The notes beneath the pieces are model-generated. The model was given only the letters and a program-made list of their open reading frames with translations, did no database searches and was not told where the DNA came from. Position numbers and translations under genes: made by a program. A stretch of 63,101 nucleotides of DNA, the filler included, from Reclinomonas americana ATCC 50394 (lineage: Eukaryota), in NCBI GenBank assembly GCA_048213135.1. It is 7 parts of 2 records of this genome, joined end to end, with 100 filler letters (N's around TTAATTAATTAA, not from the genome) between each part and the next. Parts side by side here need not be neighbours in the genome. Positions count along the whole stretch, not along the records: positions 52,111 to 61,264 come from PS015111.1; positions 61,365 to 63,101 come from PS015111.1; 5 more parts are not named here. One strand, 5' to 3'. Positions 55,301 to 63,101 of the stretch are shown one piece after another. Within the stretch, counting starts at the first letter, position 1. Every line of letters starts with the position of its first letter.

Positions 55301-58300
55301 GAAATGTCGTGCAGCTGCTCCGAGATGCGCGTCTCCTGCACACGAATCGTCTCGTGGTGCTCCTGCAGCGAATCCGTCAAGGTCGCACTGCGAAGGCGCT
55401 CCTCCGCCAGCTCGGCCTCCAACTTGGCCGCGCGTGTGTGCAACTCTGTGTTCTCCGTCTCAAACGCCGTCACCCGGCGACGCAGCTCCTCAATGTCACC
55501 CTGCAGCCGCGCCTTTTCGCGCAACAAATCCTGCGTCTCCTGCTCCAGGTGCGCCACTCGCCTCCTCAGCTCCTCGACCAGCGCCTCCAAGTCGAATCTG
55601 TCCTGCGCGTGCATTGTCTCCTGCAGCAGCTCTGCAATGCGCTCCTCGTAGGCCTCGTGCTGCACTTGCACCTGCGCGAAGACGGTAGGTGAGCAGGTGC
55701 GGGGGGATTGGAGGGCAGAGGGGCGACAGACCTCGCCGAGTTGCTCCTCCAAAATCACCACGCGCTGCTCGAGGTAGGCCAGACGAGCGCCGTCGACCTT
55801 GTCTTCCACAAAGTTGGGGCGTGGGTGGTTGCGGATGCGCACGGCGCGGGCCGCGTACTGCAGCGTGTTTTGCGTGTCGAAGCCGTCGCCCGGGTCCGGC
55901 GAGACGCAGGTGATCATCAGCTGTGCGGGTGGGAGGAGAGGGTGAGAGAGGAATGGGGAAGGGGCAAAGGGGAAGGGATGGGTGTGTACGCGGAGACAGA
56001 TAGAGACGAAAAAGAAAGTGATGATGATGATGATGAAGAAGAAGAAGAAGAAGCAGATGGATGCAACCGTGTTCAGTTGCATAAAATAAAAGAGAAGGGA
56101 AGAGAGAGAGGGGGGAGAAGACACAGAGAGGGAGAGACGAGGGGGAGAAGAGACAGAGAGGGAGAGAGTCATGAGAGCTGAGCGATGAGTGGTGAAAGTT
56201 TGGTCCAAGTGACCATTCAATGGAGAGAATAAGAAGATGTTTGGAAAGGGGAAACGAGGGATGACTGCAATGCAAGAGCTGCACAGAGAAATGTAAGGAA
56301 AGGACAGACGAAGAAGAAATGCAGAACGAATCGAGCGGAACGTATAACTGTGTTGAAGGTGCAGCTAATGAGAGAGAGAGAGACGAGGGGGAGAAGAGAC
56401 AGAGAGCGAGAGAGACAAGGGAGCTGAGCGATGAGTGGTGAAAGTTTGGTGCAAGTGACCATTCAATGGAGAGAATAAGAAGATGTTTGGAAAGGGGAAA
56501 CGAGGGATGACTGAAATCCATGAGCTGCACGGAGAAATGTCAGGAAAGGGTAGACGAAGAAGAAATACAGAGAGAGAGAGAGAAGAGGGCTAAGTGAAAG
56601 GACGGTGTAGCTGCCAAAGAGCAGAGAAGCTGGCGCCGCAGGTGATCAATAAATGGAGAGGGACAAACAGTCAAGGGGGAAAGGACAACTGAATGGAGTC
56701 CCACGCTGAGAAAAGATGTCAATGAGAAGGGAAAGAGCTGAGTACGTAAAGGTATTCAGTTGCTGTGAGGGAAGAGAGAGAGATTCCAATTATTCTTCTC
56801 CTTCGCACCCTTCTCTACCCTTTCCCTCTCCTCACCGTTCGACAATTGCCTCCAAACGCATGATGCAGCAAGCTCGTAAGCTTGGCATCGCGGTACGGCA
56901 CCGCGGCGAGATTCGGCGGCCCACCCGGCTGATTCAGCGCCATGATGACACGCGACAGCGTCAAAATGTCCTTGTTGTCCTTGGCCTGTCCGGAACCGGC
57001 CAGATCCACCACGTGAAATCTCGACTCCGTGGCCCGATGGTCGTGCGTCGCCCGCTGCCGCAGCGCAACGCACAGCATGAGGTGCGACTGACGCAGAACG
57101 TTCTTGGTGCGCGTGCGTCGCCGATGNNNNNNNNNNNNNNNNNNNNNNNNNNNNNNNNNNNNNNNNNNNNNNNNNNNNNNNNNNNNNNNNNNNNNNNNNN
57201 NNNNNNNNNNNNNNNNNNNNNNNNNNNNNNNNNNNNNNNNNNNNNNNNNNNNNNNNNNNNNNNNNNNNNNNNNNNNNNNNNNNNNNNNNNNNNNNNNNNN
57301 NNNNNNNNNNNNNNNNNNNNNNNNNNNNNNNNNNNNNNNNNNNNNNNNNNNNNNNNNNNNNNNNNNNNNNNNNNNNNNNNNNNNNNNNNNNNNNNNNNNN
57401 NNNNNNNNNNNNNNNNNNNNNNNNNNNNNNNNNNNNNNNNNNNNNNNNNNNNNNNNNNNNNNNNNNNNNNNNNNNNNNNNNNNNNNNNNNNNNNNNNNNN
57501 NNNNNNNNNNNNNNNNNNNNNNNNNNNNNNNNNNNNNNNNNNNNNNNNNNNNNNNNNNNNNNNNNNNNNNNNNNNNNNNNNNNNNNNNNNNNNNNNNNNN
57601 NNNNNNNNNNNNNNNNNNNNNNNNNNNNNNNNNNNNNNNNNNNNNNNNNNNNNNNNNNNNNNNNNNNNNNNNNNNNNNNNNNNNNNNNNNNNNNNNNNNN
57701 NNNNNNNNNNNNNNNNNNNNNNNNNNNNNNNNNNNNNNNNNNNNNNNNNNNNNNNNNNNNNNNNNNNNNNNNNNNNNNNNNNNNNNNNNNNNNNNNNNNN
57801 NNNNNNNNNNNNNNNNNNNNNNNNNNNNNNNNNNNNNNNNNNNNNNNNNNNNNNNNNNNNNNNNNNNNNNNNNNNNNNNNNNNNNNNNNNNNNNNNNNNN
57901 NNNNNNNNNNNNNNNNNNNNNNNNNNNNNNNNNNNNNNNNNNNNNNNNNNNNNNNNNNNNNNNNNNNNNNNNNNNNNNNNNNNNNNNNNNNNNNNNNNNN
58001 NNNNNNNNNNNNNNNNNNNNNNNNNNNNNNNNNNNNNNNNNNNNNNNNNNNNNNNNNNNNNNNNNNNNNNNNNNNNNNNNNNNNNNNNNNNNNNNNNNNN
58101 NNNNNNNNNNNNNNNNNNNNNNNNNCTCGTTGCGGCAGCGCTGAATGGCGTGGAAAATGGTGCTGATGCAGCGCTCCGGGTCGCGCACGTACCGCTCCGT
58201 CACCGGCTCAATGTAGAAGCCCATCTCCAGGTTGCCGCGCACGCGCAAATCGGTCGGAATGCGCGGCGGTGTGGCCGAACGAGTGAGTGTCGGTGGTCGT

Positions 58301-61110
58301 GTGCGCGCATCGCGCGTTCCCGCCGACTGTATGCGCCCGGAAGACGACGGTGCCGAGGCGCCGATACCGGCGGCCAGCGGTGACTGCGCCGGCGACGAGG
58401 CCGAGAGGTTGAGCGGTGAGGCCGCAGGCGAGGCCGCGGCCGTCATGGTCGGCTGGAGGGTGGTGAACGAGTTCGACGCCTGCACCGACGGTACCAGCAG
58501 GTCCTCAATGTACTCCGGATGCAGGTAGACCAGCGAGATGCGCACTTCGAAGGAGTACGAGTTGGCGTGGCGGTTCTGGAGAGGGGGAGAGGAAGGGAAG
58601 AGGGAAGAAGGGGGAAAGGAGGATGTAAGGAAAAGGCGAAGAGAGGTGTCTATCTGAGAGAGCAACACGTAGACCAAAGCGATCTGACTGCACGGCGATC
58701 AATAAAAGAAAACATCAGAGCAGTAAAGCGTGCAAACCAAGCAGACAGAAACAGCACACAACAACAGAGAAAGAAATCGAGAGCTGACACGCAAGCCTGA
58801 AACACGAGAGTAGGTGAAGAAGCATGCAGCCCTTGTGCAAAGGCGGAGAGAAACAGAAAGAGGATCAGGTAACACTGCGGCATTCCAAATTGCGTGGGAA
58901 TAGCACACAGAACAAGAGAGCAAAGAAATCGAGGGCTGACACGCCAGAGAGTAAGAGATGAAGCGTGCATGAAACCCTTTCTGTGTGTGTGAGAGAGAGA
59001 GAGAGAGNNNNNNNNNNNNNNNNNNNNNNNNNNNNNNNNNNNNNNNNNNNNNNNNNNNNNNNNNNNNNNNNNNNNNNNNNNNNNNNNNNNNNNNNNNNNN
59101 NNNNNNNNNNNNNNNNNNNNNNNNNNNNNNNNNNNNNNNNNNNNNNNNNNNNNNNNNNNNNNNNNNNNNNNNNNNNNNNNNNNNNNNNNNNNNNNNNNNN
59201 NNNNNNNNNNNNNNNNNNNNNNNNNNNNNNNNNNNNNNNNNNNNNNNNNNNNNNNNNNNNNNNNNNNNNNNNNNNNNNNNNNNNNNNNNNNNNNNNNNNN
59301 NNNNNNNNNNNNNNNNNNNNNNNNNNNNNNNNNNNNNNNNNNNNNNNNNNNNNNNNNNNNNNNNNNNNNNNNNNNNNNNNNNNNNNNNNNNNNNNNNNNN
59401 NNNNNNNNNNNNNNNNNNNNNNNNNNNNNNNNNNNNNNNNNNNNNNNNNNNNNNNNNNNNNNNNNNNNNNNNNNNNNNNNNNNNNNNNNNNNNNNNNNNN
59501 NNNNNNNNNNNNNNNNNNNNNNNNNNNNNNNNNNNNNNNNNNNNNNNNNNNNNNNNNNNNNNNNNNNNNNNNNNNNNNNNNNNNNNNNNNNNNNNNNNNN
59601 NNNNNNNNNNNNNNNNNNNNNNNNNNNNNNNNNNNNNNNNNNNNNNNNNNNNNNNNNNNNNNNNNNNNNNNNNNNNNNNNNNNNNNNNNNNNNNNNNNNN
59701 NNNNNNNNNNNNNNNNNNNNNNNNNNNNNNNNNNNNNNNNNNNNNNNNNNNNNNNNNNNNNNNNNNNNNNNNNNNNNNNNNNNNNNNNNNNNNNNNNNNN
59801 NNNNNNNNNNNNNNNNNNNNNNNNNNNNNNNNNNNNNNNNNNNNNNNNNNNNNNNNNNNNNNNNNNNNNNNNNNNNNNNNNNNNNNNNNNNNNNNNNNNN
59901 NNNNNNNNNNNNNNNNNNNNNNNNNNNNNACAAGATCGTCGAGGGAGCACTGCAGCGCTGAACAGACGAATGCAATGCCGACGGGCAAGCCTTCATGAAC
60001 GAGACCGTCCACAGAAGAACAACAAAGCCCGTTGACACCAAAGAGAGAGAGAGAGAGAGAGAGTCGGCAAGCACAGCCTCCTGTAAGACAAAGCACAACG
60101 AGCAACAGACGAACGCAACGCCGACATGCGAAACGACATGCAGCCTGCCGATCTTCTTCCCCCCTGTGCATCTAGCGCCTCACCTCCAACAACCTCCACA
60201 CATCGCGAATAAGCCGCGGCGTGACTCCACACTCATCCTCCTCCGCCAACGGCACCATATCCGCACCCCCACCCAACGCCGTGTACGTCTTGCCGGTATT
60301 CTCCGGCCCGTACGTGAACAGCGTACAATTGGTGCCGCCGACAAAATCAGACACCATCGGTGCCACACATCGCGAATAAAACGATTCCTGTGTATGTCGT
60401 CGTCGATATACGCATACATAAACAAAGATGCAACGTGCGCGTTGATGAGAAGAGAGGTCGTCGAGCGTGGAGGCGATGGGACATGTCCACTCTCGCACTC
60501 CCCCAGCCCGCCACTCACCTGCGAAGTGTCGCGATCGAACACGTGCGAGAAGGTGAATCTGCGCACAGACGAGATGCGGTGAGAGAGGGAAGGAGGAAGG
60601 AGGAGAAGAGAAAAATGGCGGGAAAATTGCATGCGGGGGGAGACAAGTGGTGTGTGCATGAGAGTGTGCGAAAGTGTGTGCAAGTGGTGTGGACGAGTGT
60701 GGGCAAGCGAGATGAGTGAGGGAAAGTGTGCGGAAGTGTGCGGAAGTGTGCGAAAGTGTGCAGAATATGCGTGAGATAGACAGAGAGAAAGGTGTCAATA
60801 GAGTGTGCAAGTGAGAGTTGTGCGTGCGTGCGTGTGCGTTGAGAGAGAGAGAGAGCATTCTCTGTGTGTATGTCGCACAGGCTCACACGCAGTCACAGAC
60901 ACACACGTGTGTGCATATTCACTTGTACTTTGCACACTCTTGCACACACTGTCTCCCTCTCTCTGTATTCCCTTGTCTCTCTCTCTCTCTCTCTTTGCTT
61001 TCTCTCTCTCTCTTCTGTCACACTCACCTGTGCTCCGGAATCGAGATCTCCGTCGGCGACAACACATGACAGAAAGCGCGTGTCGCCAGTCGCTCATGCG
61101 AAGGACCAAC
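52341..61110 (-). CDS. Kinesin-like protein A: divergent motor domain plus coiled coil; truncated at both contig ends
   Basis: [102 protein letters not shown]...TQNTLQYAARAVRIRN; then coiled-coil exons. Confidence 0.92.
56140..56560. repeat. ~245 bp direct duplication inside a kinesin A intron
   Basis: gagctgagcgatgagtggtgaaagtttggt(c/g)caagtgaccattcaatggagagaataagaagatgtttggaaaggggaaacgagggatgactg at ~56175 and ~56421. Confidence 0.85.
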
Positions 61111-61186
61111 CTAAACAAAGAGAGAAAGAGAGAGAGAGAAAAGAGAGAGAGAAAGTGAGGGGTTAGTCGACGATTAAAGTGACACA

Positions 61187-61221
<35 letters not shown>

Positions 61222-61494
61222 AGTGAGAGAGAGAGAGAGAGAGTGAGAGAGAGAGAGAGAGAAGNNNNNNNNNNNNNNNNNNNNNNNNNNNNNNNNNNNN
61301 NNNNNNNNTTAATTAATTAANNNNNNNNNNNNNNNNNNNNNNNNNNNNNNNNNNNNNNNNNNNNAGGAGGAGGAGGAGGAGGAGGAGAAGAACAAGAACA
61401 AGAACAACAACAACAAAGAGATGGAGAAGAAGAGGAGGAGGAGATTATGATGATCTCTCCATGTCTGTGTTCATGCATGATGCGTGTGCAAAGA

Positions 61495-62918
61495 TCACGT
61501 CAGTGCATCGAACCTGACACGAGCAACAGCTCCAGTCGACGCTCCCTGCAGCAATGCGATAGAGGCGCAGGAGCCACCAATGAGGGCGCCCGCGACTCCC
61601 AAAAAGAAGTCGAGCATCTGTTGTCCCGACACGCCTAACCGCAAGGCAAGCAAGGTGCAGGCGATGCCAATGACAAGCACACAGAGGCCGAGCAGAATAA
61701 ACCCATCATCCAGGCCAACTAATCTCCAGAACATGATTGGATTGGTCAAGTGTCCTCTCTCTGTCTTGTCGTGTCGACGTTCGCCCACAAGTGCTTGCAT
61801 CGTGATAGCTGTCAGTGTCACAGAGGACTATCACAACAAGAGCTCACGGCAGTCTTGTTCATTCTTCCGCATCTGCAGTGTCACATGGACCAACTTCCGA
61901 TACTCATGCAACACGTCCACGATTGCTGTGCTGCTTCCTGTCATGCGACGTGCGGCGCTGATCCACCATACAGCCTCCACCCACCCCACACTGCGAGCAC
62001 TGCACTGGTGCCGGCCAGGAACGACGCGTGCAACACGCGCTGCTTCTCGCTTGAACTTCGATCGAATTCCGAACGCGTTGAACAGACGCAGCATGGCGAT
62101 CGCGAAGCAGGCGCTGCTGAGCACGAGAGGAACGTTGACGGCGATCAGAGCGGCGAGGGTGAGGCTGGACCAACCGGCGGCGATGCCGCAGGCGGTGACA
62201 AGCAGCACAGTGTTGAGGTGGGAGAGCCATTGTGGAGGACCGGGAGGCGGAGGAGAGCCAGCGTCCGAGCGCGCCTGGCACTTGGTGGTGTACGCGTTCT
62301 GCCAGTGCTGTTGGACGGCGTTGATGATGGCCATTGCGCCGCAGCCGATGGCCACGAGAGGGAGACTGTGCGCAACAAACGGAACACATAAATGCATGTT
62401 CGGATTCACGAGACAGCAGAGAGGAGAGAGAGGAGAGGAGAGCTATCCAGTGTGCTCCATGGGTGTATAACTGTGTGTGATGTGTACTTTCATGCACATG
62501 ATCACGACGAGTAATCGAACCTGACACCTGCAATCGTTTTGGCCGACACGCCCAACAGCATGGCGATCGAGGTGCAGGCGATGCCACCGATGAGACTCGC
62601 ACCGCCAAAGATCAGAGTCGCTGCATACTGCTGGCCCAGTCCCGAGAACGCCATTGTCGAATCGATGAGTGAGTGGCGATCGCGAGCGTGTCAATTTGTC
62701 ATGGGGGAAGGTTCATTTGTCGAGAGCAACGCCAACACCTCTTGCTGCAGGCGGCTCTTCTCGCCCCCTCGCTGGCGCACCGCGACGATTGGCTCTTGCG
62801 ACAGTGGCGGCCAAGAGATCGGCGCCCACCGCATCCTTGTCGTCCCGTTGCCGATGTTGCTGCTGCTCCTGCACGTTGGCGGCGTTGCCGACGGCCTCGG
62901 CGAGGCACGCAGCGGCCT
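61495..62918 (-). CDS. Partial multi-pass membrane protein of unknown family
   Basis: Hydrophobic segments in ORFs 61831-62409 and 61495-61821 (e.g. FILLGLCVLVIGIACTLLAL, TVLLVTACGIAAGWSSLTLAALIAV). Exon boundaries only partly resolved. Confidence 0.55.
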
Positions 62919-62996
62919 CTGCGAGAGAGGGCAAGGAAAGGGGGGGAGCGATATTAAATGGAAGGGAATGGAGGGAGGAGAAGGGGGAGTGGGGGA

Positions 62997-63101
62997 GAAA
63001 CAGTGGGGAGACGCAGAGGGAGACAGTGGGGAGAGACAGTGGCGCAGAGACAGTGGGGAGAGACAGTGGCGCAGAGACAGTGGCGGTGAGACAGTGGCGG
63101 T
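62997..63101. repeat. Short minisatellite (gagacagtgg core, ~13-15 bp period)
   Basis: Directly visible at the window end. Confidence 0.85.

Overview
Eukaryotic, protist-like genomic scaffold with GC-rich exons and microsatellite-rich GT-AG introns. It has many N gaps and six artificial N-TTAATTAATTAA-N contig linkers. No prokaryotic elements (CRISPR, IS, operons) or RNA genes were recognised. Gene models built by hand, left to right: a ~400-550 bp tandem repeat array; a Cys-rich membrane protein; an intronless secreted BBE-type FAD oxidase; a 45-aa spliced Cys-rich microprotein; a TPR protein; an ankyrin/coiled-coil/HEPN-like/TKL-kinase protein; PWP2 (UTP1); the 3' part of VPS11; a ~2000-aa coiled-coil region; two paralogous divergent kinesins, one apparently a dead motor; a MIU-bearing candidate deubiquitinase; and a partial membrane protein. 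Three observations stand out. (1) Most 5' splice sites lacking a G at exon position -1 read GT-TGCG, GT-TGAGT, GT-TTCG or GT-TACG, which is the normal donor motif displaced by one nucleotide. (2) The ANK-HEPN-kinase protein parallels RNase L in its domains. (3) The two giant kinesins form a degenerate pair. All calls come from reading motifs; no database searches were run.
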